Shown here one piece after another: positions 1 through 8,946 of a stretch of 64,000 nt of DNA. Below the pieces are notes generated by a model that was given only the letters and a program-made list of their open reading frames with translations, was not told where the DNA came from and did no database searches. Numbering within the stretch: position 1 is the stretch's first letter; every line of letters starts with the position of its first letter. This stretch comes from Candidatus Krumholzibacteriia bacterium (GTDB taxonomy: Bacteria > Krumholzibacteriota > Krumholzibacteriia > JAJRXK01), in contig JBGPIA010000017.1 in NCBI GenBank assembly GCA_041484665.1, positions 47,178-111,177 of the forward strand, given 5' to 3'. A program made the position numbers and the translations under genes.

Positions 1-977
1 GCTTCCTTCGCCTCCCGGTAGCGGCCCATGTCCCTCGCGAGATTCCCCAGGTCGCCGTAGCACCTGGCGAGGATGTCATTCTCGCGAAGCGCACGCGCCA
101 TGGCCACCGCCCGGATCTGCTGTTCGCGCGCCCGGCTCAGCGCTCCCTCGGCCCTGTCCAGATGCGCCAGGGCGCGCAGCGCCATCAACTCCTGGCGCTG
201 ATAGCCAAGGGACTGCGCCAGTTCGAGGGCGCGCGCGCCGTGGCGGCGCGCGGTCGTCAGATCACCGAGCGTCTTGTAGGCGTTGGAGAGCTGGCGGAGG
301 CATTCGATGAGCTGATGACCGGGGGGCCGGTTGGAAAGCAGGGCCAGGGCCTCGATACGGGTCTGAAGGGCGGTCCGCGCGCTCTGCCGATATTCGATCT
401 CGGCCCGAGTGAGCAGGACGTCGGCCAGGGCGTCCGGGTCGCCCAGCGCGCGCGCTGCGGCCTCGGCGTCCTGGAGATCACGCGTGATCTCCGGGACGAC
501 CTGGGACCCGCGTCGCAGAACCAACTTCCAGAAGAGCGCACGGCAGGCGTCGGACCGCCGGCCAGCCGCGGCGTAGGCATCGTGTGCACGTTGCAGGGAC
601 GTGCGCGCGCGCGCCACGTCGCCGCGCGCGAACAGCATGGTCGCCGCGGTCACTTGCACGCCCGCGCGGCCGGGCTCCTGTTCGGCTTGCGTCAACAGCT
701 GCCGTCCCGCGGCAGAGTCGGCCGGGGTCGTGACGAGCAACTGACCGCGCAGCCACGCGGCAAGGAAGTGATCGGGATCCGCGCTCAGCCGACGTGACGC
801 TGCCGCAGATGCGGAGTCTGGGCTTTCGCGCCACAGGTCGCGCAAGCGAACGTACTCGTCCCCAAAGCGGGGGGCCTGTGACTTCAGGACCGGCTCGGCG
901 GGCAAGGTCGCGCCCGCAGCCAGGGCCATGAGCGCGCTTCCCAGGATCGCGGCCGTGGCAGCAAGGAGGCGCCGCAA
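1..977 (-). CDS. Secreted TPR-repeat protein, 3' end runs off the window (possibly TPR-CHAT)
   Basis: Manual translation of the minus strand from TTG at 977: signal-like MRRLLAATAAILGSALMALAAGA, then helical TPR-like segments (LRQLSNAYKTLGDLTTARRHGARALELA; ARCYGDLGNLARDMGRYREA). No stop before the window edge. Not in the ORF track. Confidence 0.7.
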   Translation of the reverse strand, partial: MRRLLAATAAILGSALMALAAGATLPAEPVLKSQAPRFGDEYVRLRDLWRESPDSASAAASRRLSADPDHFLAAWLRGQLLVTTPADSAAGRQLLTQAEQEPGRAGVQVTAATMLFARGDVARARTSLQRAHDAYAAAGRRSDACRALFWKLVLRRGSQVVPEITRDLQDAEAAARALGDPDALADVLLTRAEIEYRQSARTALQTRIEALALLSNRPPGHQLIECLRQLSNAYKTLGDLTTARRHGARALELAQSLGYQRQELMALRALAHLDRAEGALSRAREQQIRAVAMARALRENDILARCYGDLGNLARDMGRYREAKE

Positions 978-1264
978 GGGGACGGTTCCGCGGAAAACTC
1001 CCGCGCGTCGCGCACTTGACGGCCCCGCTGCGACTCGCGGGTAGATCCGGCCGGTCGGCGACATGGTCAGCCCCCTCCCGGTGTGGTGCGCCGCCTCAAC
1101 CCCGAGCGACCGTGTTGCGATCCAGGATTGCCGAGACGCGGATCATAGCACGACCCGCAACTTTCCGCGCCACGACGGCCGTGTTCTCTCGCGTCCGTCC
1201 CCCGTCATGCCAGCCGGACCGCGCGAACGGCGATGATCCAGACCACACACCGGGAGGTCGAGTC

Positions 1265-1744
1265 GTGCCCAGCCAGTTGCGTCTCCGAAACATGATCGTC
1301 CTGCTCGCCGGCTCGCTGGCTCTGATCGGCACCGCCGGCGCAGCCACGGCTCAGGACGCCTTAGACCCGGCGGCGGCGCCGGACGCGGCGCTGACCGTGG
1401 CGCAGACACCAACTGCCCTGGCCCTGGAGCTCTCAGCCGTGCTGCAGGACGAAGCGGCGCGCCTGCGCGAGCTGGAGGCGAGCTTCGGCGCGGCCGCGGA
1501 CGCGAGCAGCGCCCTCGCCGTGGAGCGGGAGATCGCAGCGGTCAAGTCGGTCACCGAGATCCGGCTCATGCGCGTGCAGGCACGCCACGCCCGCGAGGCG
1601 GGACGACTGGAGGCGGCCGTGCGGATCGAGGCTGCCATCGCCGAGCTCACGACGGCGAGCGCGCGGCCCGCGACACCGCCGCCGATCACCCCACGGGCCG
1701 AGCCGCGCGACGACGGACAGCGGCGCGAAGGAGGCCCGCGATGA
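1265..1744 (+). CDS. Small secreted alpha-helical hypothetical protein, translationally coupled to the downstream gene
   Basis: GGAGG RBS before GTG at 1265; signal peptide IVLLAGSLALIGTAGAATA-Q; Ala/Glu/Arg-rich helical body; ATGA overlap with the start at 1741. Confidence 0.7.
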   Translation: MPSQLRLRNMIVLLAGSLALIGTAGAATAQDALDPAAAPDAALTVAQTPTALALELSAVLQDEAARLRELEASFGAAADASSALAVEREIAAVKSVTEIRLMRVQARHAREAGRLEAAVRIEAAIAELTTASARPATPPPITPRAEPRDDGQRREGGPR

Positions 1745-4700
1745 GAAGCGTGCAAGTCTGTTCCCGATTGGGCGGCGCGCTGGCGCTGTTCATGGCGGTC
1801 GCGGGTGATGTGCTCGTGGCGCCGTCGCTCGCCGCGCCGCCGCCCGCGGCGTCGCTCGCGGCGCCGCTCTCCGCGGTCGGCGCCCCGGCCGCCATCGCCA
1901 CCTCGGCCGGCGCCGGGATTGGCGCGACAGTGCCGCAGTCCCGCCACATCCGGATCCGCGGGAGGGCCATGACCCTGCGCCCGGATGGCCAGACGGTTCC
2001 GATCATGAAGGCGTCGGTCGACATGGAGGATGAGGACTGGGGACTGTTCTCCCCGACGTACGAACCTCTGAGTTGGACCTATACCGACGCCGACGGCTAC
2101 TTCGACACGACATTCCTGTGGAACCCCGGGCTGTTCGATGACACCGAACCGGACATCGTGGTCACCATCTTGTCCACCTACTCCCCGCTTCCCAACCAGG
2201 TGACCATGGTGGATCCTGACGTCCACGCCGGTGATCTGGAGTGGTACACGCTCACGATTGCGACCATCGACGACTACTCAGGCACCGACCTGGATACCGG
2301 CACCATCCTGGCAGGCACGCAGCGCAAGCAGGAAGCGTTCTACGCCTACACGCAGATCATGCGGGCCCGGGAGTGGATCATCGACCACGTGGCGCCCTCC
2401 TTCCTCTCGGAGCGCCTGGTGATTTCCTACCCCACGAACCACTCCGGCGCCGAAATCCCAGCCTCGGACCTCCTGGAGATCCTGGAATCGGAGGCCTTCG
2501 ACGACCACGCGGTGCTGCGCGAGCTCGCCCGCAAGTGGCACAGGGTCAACGGTCAGCATCTTACTCCCGACCTTGTCAACGGGGTTTGCGACGGGACCGG
2601 ACACGGCTATTGCCTCTGGTGCGCCGAGAACGACCATGATGCCTGGGAGCAGGGCTTCTGCTACTGGTTCGCCGACGTGCTGGTCAACCAATTGGCGACG
2701 ATCTACGGTGAGCCCCCGCTCTCCTCCGAGAATCTGGAATCGCTGGCCACCTGCTCGGGCGTGCTGAACGACCCCCTGACGACGGCCGGTTTCGTCGCGG
2801 CGCTGCTGCACGACATCCAGGACAGCGAGCAGGATGACCATCTGCAGTACGCCTCCGGGCTCGACGCGTTGTCCCTGGGCTACAACGAGATCCTCACCGT
2901 CGTCGACGCGGACGAGCCCGCCACGGTGGCGGAGTTCATCGACGCTTTCCACGCCCGCTATCCGCAGTGGTGCGAGGAACTGTGGCAGACGGCGAAGAAC
3001 TGCGGCTACGACCGCGACGTGTCCGCCCCCGGCGCGCCGACAAGTCTGACATCGCCCAGCCACGCGCAGTTCAGCACCTCGCCCGACGCGACCGTCCAAT
3101 TCACCTGGACCTCGCCATCGGACGACATGTCCTGCATCGATGGCTATGGATTCTCCGTCACTGCCGACGGCTTCGCGATCCCCACGGCCGTCAAGGACAT
3201 GGAACAGGTCACCAGCTACACGACTGCGCCGCTGGCGCCGGGCACCTACTACTTCAATCTCCGCGCGGTCGACAATGCGGGGCGGTGGAGCGCGACCTAC
3301 GCGACCTACGGGCCGTTCACGATTGCCGCGCCGGAGCCAGCCAACCTGGTCTACGAGCTCCCACTGGATTGGGCCAAAGTGCTCGTGCCGCGCGCCACCG
3401 GCGACGCGACGGCCAACAGCGTCACGGCGCCGACGACGCTGACGGGCAACGTGGCGGCTACGTACTGGAACGTGGCCGGCCGCAACGCGGGCGCGTTGGC
3501 GACCTCCAGCAGCTTCAGCGTGCGCCTCTACGTCGACGGCATTTTCAACAGCTCCACGACCGTTTCTTCCACGGCCGGGGGCGCTAGTTTCAACCGGATC
3601 AACCGCGGGCCGATGACCGTCAGAGGCGGGCGGCACACCTACGAGGCACTGCTGGACGGCGGGGAGCAGATCGCCGAGACGAGCGAGACCGACAACCGCT
3701 GGGCTGAGCAGTGGATCTGGACTCCCTTACCGCTGGCGGACGGCGTGCCGATCACGCGCAACGCCCCCCCCGATCGCACGGCCGGCTGGGACGCCATCGG
3801 CCCCGGGCCGGCGCTCTACTACAATTGCGACGGCCTGCGCCTGACGACCACGGGCTGGTGGAACGCCGTCACGGTCCATGCGCTCAACGACGCCGACGAC
3901 TACGACTGCCGCCTGCACGCTGCCTCATCGTCTGCCCTGCCCGGCGCGGGAGGATTCGGCGCCAACGCGGGCTACTCCGCGCGCGGCGCGGGCGGCGTGG
4001 ACGCCGTGCTGGTCAACCGCAACGTGACGGGCGCTGGCGACTGGGACGTGGGCGTGCTCAACAGCAGCGGCGGCGCCAGCCAGTACATCGCGCGACACGT
4101 GACCAGCCAAACCCACCCCTTCGGTACCCGCGTGACAGTGCCCATGGTGCAGGACCAGACGATCCTGCTGCGCGAATTCCATGTGGGCCCGACCGACGTC
4201 GGCTGGGTGGACATCCTCGTCGACGTGGCGCCGCAGGATGGCCCGGTCTCCGTGCTGTTCCTGGACGAGACCTTCTCCACCGGCGACCTGTTGGACTTCG
4301 ACGGCTACCAGAAAACTGGCCTGACGGGCCAGGCGCGGCTGGAGACGAACATCTCCTCCGACGGCTACAACTGCGTCGCGGTATATCGCGATCCCAAGGA
4401 CGGGACCGGTCCGATCAACGTGACAATCGAGATCGGCAAGACGCCTCCAGACTTCAGGCCCCACCTGAGCGCTGGATGGTACGCCCCTGTGGTGCCGCGC
4501 TCCGCCGGTGACGCCAACGCGGGCGCGACAGCGGCGCCGCTCACGCTCACCGGAAACGCCGCAACGACCTGGATGAACCTGGCCGTGATCAACGACAGCC
4601 CGGCCGGCGCCACGGCGACCCTCCCGGCACGTCTCTACCTGGACGGGACGCCGATCGAGGTCGGCAACTTCGGTATGCTCGCGGCCTACCAGATCAACCG

Positions 4701-5877
4701 TGCGAACAACGAAGGGCCCTACACCGTCGCGGGTGGGCGCCATACCCTGTACCTGCGCCTCGATCCCGATCTACTGCAGCGCGAGATCAGCGAGTCGAAC
4801 AACGCCTACGGAGAGCAGTGGATCTGGTCGCCGCTGCAGCTGTCCCTCGACGCGCCGCAGTCGCGCCCGGCGCCGCCCTACGCAGAGGCAGGATTCGAGT
4901 ACGTGCGCAGCGGTGAGCCGCTCTACTTCGACTGCGACGGGCTGCGCACCCCCGTCTTTGCCTCCAGCGGCGCCAACGGATACTGGGGCGCGGTCGCAGT
5001 GATGCCAGGGACGGCGAACAATGTGGATCTGCGCCTGCACCGGCTGTCGACCGGTCCCAAGGACGGCTTCGCGAGCAGCCTCGCGGAGTCCTTCTGGCCC
5101 ACCGGCCAGAGCGACTTCGTGCTCGTGGACTTCAATAGCGTGCCCTTCGCCGCCTTCGACGCTGGTGTGCTGAATGGCATCGGCGCCGAGCCCTACACGG
5201 TGGAAGTCACAAGCTCCCATCACCTCGGCCTGTTCCCCAACGGGACCTTCGGGCCGTACACGATGGGGGCGAACCAGATCGTAGACGTGCACGAAGCGTG
5301 GCTCGCTCCGGGCGTCTACATCTGCCGGTTGGAGAACGTGAGCGGCAGCGTCGATTGGGGCTTCAGCCTCTATCCCACCGGGGTCGCCTACCACGCAAAA
5401 TCCGATGTGGTTCAAGGCGGTGCGAGCTGGCTAGGCGGTCCGGGGGAGATGGAGCCGTTCCAGGTCCAGATCGGGCAGGCCGGTTACTACGCCTTCGCGG
5501 CCTGGAAGGTCCGCAGCGCGGATCTGGGCGCGGAAGGCAGCTACCAGCTGGTGATCCACAGTGGCGCCACTGACGTTCCGGAGGTCCATCCGGGCGTGCT
5601 GCGCACGGCGATCGCCTCGGTGTGCCCGAACCCCTTCAACCCGCGGACGACGATTGCCTACGAGCTGCAAAGTGCGAAGGAGGTCCAGGTCCGGATCGCC
5701 GATACGCGCGGCAAGATCGTGCGGACCCTGGCGCGGGGATACGAGACGGCAGGGCGGCACGAGCTCGTCTGGGACGGCACCGACGATGGAGGACGCGTCG
5801 TGGCCAGCGGCGTGTACGTCCTGCGGTTGACTGCCGGCGCGGTGGCGGACGCGCGCAAATTGATCCTCTTGAAATGA
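1741..5877 (+). CDS. Large secreted multidomain protein: degenerate zincin-like N-domain, FN3-like domain, two ~370-aa CARDB-containing repeats, C-terminal FlgD-Ig/T9SS-type domain
   Basis: 1378-aa ORF with signal peptide; CARDB-like motifs (IAETSETDN, QREISESNN); internal duplication; tail PNPFNPRTTIAY...WDGTDDGGRVVASGVY. Confidence 0.85.
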   Translation: MRSVQVCSRLGGALALFMAVAGDVLVAPSLAAPPPAASLAAPLSAVGAPAAIATSAGAGIGATVPQSRHIRIRGRAMTLRPDGQTVPIMKASVDMEDEDWGLFSPTYEPLSWTYTDADGYFDTTFLWNPGLFDDTEPDIVVTILSTYSPLPNQVTMVDPDVHAGDLEWYTLTIATIDDYSGTDLDTGTILAGTQRKQEAFYAYTQIMRAREWIIDHVAPSFLSERLVISYPTNHSGAEIPASDLLEILESEAFDDHAVLRELARKWHRVNGQHLTPDLVNGVCDGTGHGYCLWCAENDHDAWEQGFCYWFADVLVNQLATIYGEPPLSSENLESLATCSGVLNDPLTTAGFVAALLHDIQDSEQDDHLQYASGLDALSLGYNEILTVVDADEPATVAEFIDAFHARYPQWCEELWQTAKNCGYDRDVSAPGAPTSLTSPSHAQFSTSPDATVQFTWTSPSDDMSCIDGYGFSVTADGFAIPTAVKDMEQVTSYTTAPLAPGTYYFNLRAVDNAGRWSATYATYGPFTIAAPEPANLVYELPLDWAKVLVPRATGDATANSVTAPTTLTGNVAATYWNVAGRNAGALATSSSFSVRLYVDGIFNSSTTVSSTAGGASFNRINRGPMTVRGGRHTYEALLDGGEQIAETSETDNRWAEQWIWTPLPLADGVPITRNAPPDRTAGWDAIGPGPALYYNCDGLRLTTTGWWNAVTVHALNDADDYDCRLHAASSSALPGAGGFGANAGYSARGAGGVDAVLVNRNVTGAGDWDVGVLNSSGGASQYIARHVTSQTHPFGTRVTVPMVQDQTILLREFHVGPTDVGWVDILVDVAPQDGPVSVLFLDETFSTGDLLDFDGYQKTGLTGQARLETNISSDGYNCVAVYRDPKDGTGPINVTIEIGKTPPDFRPHLSAGWYAPVVPRSAGDANAGATAAPLTLTGNAATTWMNLAVINDSPAGATATLPARLYLDGTPIEVGNFGMLAAYQINRANNEGPYTVAGGRHTLYLRLDPDLLQREISESNNAYGEQWIWSPLQLSLDAPQSRPAPPYAEAGFEYVRSGEPLYFDCDGLRTPVFASSGANGYWGAVAVMPGTANNVDLRLHRLSTGPKDGFASSLAESFWPTGQSDFVLVDFNSVPFAAFDAGVLNGIGAEPYTVEVTSSHHLGLFPNGTFGPYTMGANQIVDVHEAWLAPGVYICRLENVSGSVDWGFSLYPTGVAYHAKSDVVQGGASWLGGPGEMEPFQVQIGQAGYYAFAAWKVRSADLGAEGSYQLVIHSGATDVPEVHPGVLRTAIASVCPNPFNPRTTIAYELQSAKEVQVRIADTRGKIVRTLARGYETAGRHELVWDGTDDGGRVVASGVYVLRLTAGAVADARKLILLK

Positions 5878-6026
5878 TATGGGGCGGCTGGTGTCAACCG
5901 CCGCGGAGGCCTTTTTACCGGAGAATCGAGGCAAGGGCGGGAGATTCTGGAACAGCGACGTGCGCCTTGCGCTCTGCCCGGAGAATAGGGGACAATTGAA
6001 GCAAGGTTTCCGGGAGGTGACCGTCG

Positions 6027-6890
6027 ATGACACCAGAGATGACAACTCTTGCTTGGAACAACGTCCGGCGCAACCCCGGCCGAGCACTCGTGACCATTGC
6101 AGCAACCGTAGCAGTCACAGCCACTTGGCTGGGCGCAGCGGGCCCGGCATGGGCAACGTCGCACTCCAGCCACAACCCCGCGATCGTCGGCTCATGGGCC
6201 GTCCATCTCGACGCCGCGGCGAGCGGTGCCAGATATGACAACGCGAGCAGCCCCGCTCTCGTTGGATTCTGGGGCGTGGGCAAGGGCAACAGCCCCGCTC
6301 GCAGATCCAATCCGGCGCTGGTCGGGGGTTGGGGCGCCGACTCGCCGAACGCGAGCGCGAGCCTGGCGCGGCGGGGCAATCCGGCGCTGATCGGAGGCTG
6401 GACGTTCGCGCACAGCGGCGAGCAGGTCGTTCACGGCGTGGATCCATCCGCGAAGATCGCCCCGGAAATCAGGGGCGAGGCGCGGTCTCTTCTGATCACC
6501 GAGCGACAGGCGGAGCGCCCGGACCTCGGGATGGAGTGTCTGCAGCGCATCTACTTCGACTCGGCCATGGCGCTACCCCGCCTCGGATCCGGACCCGCGC
6601 TGGACGAGGTCGGCCAGACCCTCACGCAGTCGCCGCAGATGAAGTTGGAGGTGGCGGGTCATGCCGACGGTCAAGGGAGCGACGCCTTCAACGACATTCT
6701 CTCCCGGGCGCGGGCCCAAGCGGCGCTGGACTATCTCACCGAGAAGTTCCCCCCCATCCGCCCCGACCGGGTTACCGTGTTCGGCTACGGCGAGAGCCAG
6801 CCCGTCGCCAGCAACGACACATACGCCGGCCGGGCACGCAACCGCCGGGTGGAGTTCAAGGTGCTCCACGCCGAGGTCTCCAGGAGGTAG
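6027..6890 (+). CDS. OmpA-family peptidoglycan-binding protein with N-terminal peptide repeats
   Basis: C-terminal OmpA motifs IYFDS, VAGHADGQGSDAFNDILSRARA, GYGESQPVASND and GRARNRRVEF; N-terminal signal peptide; GGAGG RBS. Confidence 0.85.
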   Translation: MTPEMTTLAWNNVRRNPGRALVTIAATVAVTATWLGAAGPAWATSHSSHNPAIVGSWAVHLDAAASGARYDNASSPALVGFWGVGKGNSPARRSNPALVGGWGADSPNASASLARRGNPALIGGWTFAHSGEQVVHGVDPSAKIAPEIRGEARSLLITERQAERPDLGMECLQRIYFDSAMALPRLGSGPALDEVGQTLTQSPQMKLEVAGHADGQGSDAFNDILSRARAQAALDYLTEKFPPIRPDRVTVFGYGESQPVASNDTYAGRARNRRVEFKVLHAEVSRR

Positions 6891-6938
6891 CGCACCTCGC
6901 AGTAGCGGCCCACGCGGCCACCCGGTCGCGCAGCATGC

Positions 6939-6969
6939 AGAGGGCCTCCGTTCCACGCGGAGGCCCTCT
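6939..6969. terminator. GC-rich hairpin between convergent genes (probable bidirectional terminator)
   Basis: agagggcctccg-N7-cggaggccctct, a perfect 12-bp stem. Confidence 0.6.
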
Positions 6970-7046
6970 TGGCGAGCCACTCTCTCCACGCCATCGCACG
7001 ACAGAGGCGGCACAACGTCGTCAAGATCGACGCCTCTGCGAGATCC

Positions 7047-8807
7047 CTAATCCAGCAGGACCATCTTGCGTGTGGCCACCACGCCGGCGCATTCCAGCCG
7101 TGCGTAGTACACGCCAGAGGCGGCCGGCTCTCCCGAAGCGTCATGCGCGTTCCATCGCACGACATAACGGCCTGGCTCGCGATGCCCATCGACGAGCGTT
7201 GCGACGGCAGCACCACGAACGTCGTACACAGTCAGCCGTACGTCTCCCGCCAGGTCGACCTCGAACTCCAAGAGCGTAGCCGGATTGAACGGGTTTGGCC
7301 GCGCCGGATACAGCCGCGACCGAGCTCCCAGCGCAGGCGCCGCAGTCGACTGGGTGGGGACCGGGACCAGCTCGCGTACGAAACCATCCTGTTTGGTGGT
7401 GACGTAGAGGCGACCCGCGGCGTCGTTGCTGAAGCGCAGGTCCGCGCGCGGGATTCCGGGGTTGCCGAGCGCAGCGCGCACGACGTCGAGGAGCGTTGAT
7501 TCCACGCCGCCGCGAAGTAGATGGAGTTGGTAGACGGCCGCGGTCGTGGCAGGGTTACCGTCGTTGGCCGCGAGCATCTCTGCCACGTCGGCATAGAACA
7601 TACGCCCACTCACGATGTCGCCAAACACGAACTTCCCTAGCAGGGCGCTGGGCGGGCCTGCGCGCACGGCGAGCCCACCGGCAATCGCAGAGCCCTCGTC
7701 GTGGTCGTACTGCGCAACCGGATAGGTGAAGCCAAAACTCGAATCGTTTCCAGGCAGTGGGAGCACGGTCTCGGGGTCGACGCTCACGTCGAGCGCGAAG
7801 GTGCCCTCCCGCCGGGGCCAACCGTGGTTCGAGCCCGCCGTGGGCAGGTTCACCTCCTCGACGTTGCCCTGGCCGATTTCGGCGACGAACAGCGAGCCGA
7901 CTCCACCCCGATCGAAGTGGAAGTTCTCGGGATTGCGGAAGCCGAACGCGAAGATCTCGCCGAAGGTATTCGGATCCCCGTCGTTGGCAAACGGGTTCGT
8001 GGGCGGAATGCCGTAGGGAAAACTAGTCCCACCGCGCACAAATGGCTCCCCCAACGGATCGATGCGCAGCAGACAGCCATAGACCGTGTCCAATCGCAGG
8101 AGCTGCCCCGGCTCGTTGCGCTCGATCGACCCGAAGTCCCCGGCCGCGATGTAGAGGAGCCCGTAGTCGGGATCGGTCGGCCTAAGGTTGGGATCGAATC
8201 CGATGTTGCCCAAGTTGTGGAACGAGTGCGGAGAGGCGATCCGCATCAGTTCGCGCGATGTTCCGCTGAAGACGTTTGCAGCCGGATCGCTCGCCTGCCA
8301 CTCGGTCACGACCGCGTGGAGGATGATCGGCGCCGGGATCGCGGGCCCGAGGTTTGGAGGCGTCGCGCCCGCGTTCTCGCTGTGGGCGGTATAGAACCGG
8401 CCATTGCGCGCAAAGTCCGGGTGGAAGGCGAAGCTCATAAAGCCCAGCTGGAGGTTCCCACTATTGAGCGCCGGGCGTAGCACCCGCAAGTCCATGTAGG
8501 TCTGCACCGTTCCCCCCTGGATCACGAAAAGGGGGCCGCGCAGATCGTTGGCGAACAAGCGCCCCGAACCGTCCGGCGCCTCGCGCAGCATGGCCACACG
8601 GGCCCGGGGGGGCGAACCGGCTGTGGCCGGGAGTTGGATCACGTCCTGCAGTTCCGCCGCGACGCCTTCGTCACGGATCGGACCCGTGAGCGTTCCGGCC
8701 GACGCGTCGCTGGCGGCAAGGAGCAACGCCCACAGTATGGTGGCGCCCAGGACAGCCCTCGCGCACGGCTCCACGCCCCCCTCTGCTCTGGCTATCGCTT
8801 TTCGCAC
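7047..8807 (-). CDS. PQQ-dependent glucose/sorbosone dehydrogenase (GSDH) family protein with FlgD-Ig C-terminal domain
   Basis: Motifs SFAFHPDFARNGRFY, HNLG, IFAFGFRNP, EIGQGNVEEVN, NHGWPRREG; tail PNPFNP...SGVYY. Confidence 0.85.
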   Translation of the reverse strand: MRKAIARAEGGVEPCARAVLGATILWALLLAASDASAGTLTGPIRDEGVAAELQDVIQLPATAGSPPRARVAMLREAPDGSGRLFANDLRGPLFVIQGGTVQTYMDLRVLRPALNSGNLQLGFMSFAFHPDFARNGRFYTAHSENAGATPPNLGPAIPAPIILHAVVTEWQASDPAANVFSGTSRELMRIASPHSFHNLGNIGFDPNLRPTDPDYGLLYIAAGDFGSIERNEPGQLLRLDTVYGCLLRIDPLGEPFVRGGTSFPYGIPPTNPFANDGDPNTFGEIFAFGFRNPENFHFDRGGVGSLFVAEIGQGNVEEVNLPTAGSNHGWPRREGTFALDVSVDPETVLPLPGNDSSFGFTYPVAQYDHDEGSAIAGGLAVRAGPPSALLGKFVFGDIVSGRMFYADVAEMLAANDGNPATTAAVYQLHLLRGGVESTLLDVVRAALGNPGIPRADLRFSNDAAGRLYVTTKQDGFVRELVPVPTQSTAAPALGARSRLYPARPNPFNPATLLEFEVDLAGDVRLTVYDVRGAAVATLVDGHREPGRYVVRWNAHDASGEPAASGVYYARLECAGVVATRKMVLLD

Positions 8808-8946
8808 GCCGGGCTCCTTCGACTCAGCATCCGCCGAGGTGACCAGTTCGATCAGGGCAGACCTATGACACCAGTCCTTACTTGGAGACCGAGGCCTGGT
8901 TGATCTTCAGCGACTCGGCCAGCTGCTACTGCGTGAGCTCGCTGGC

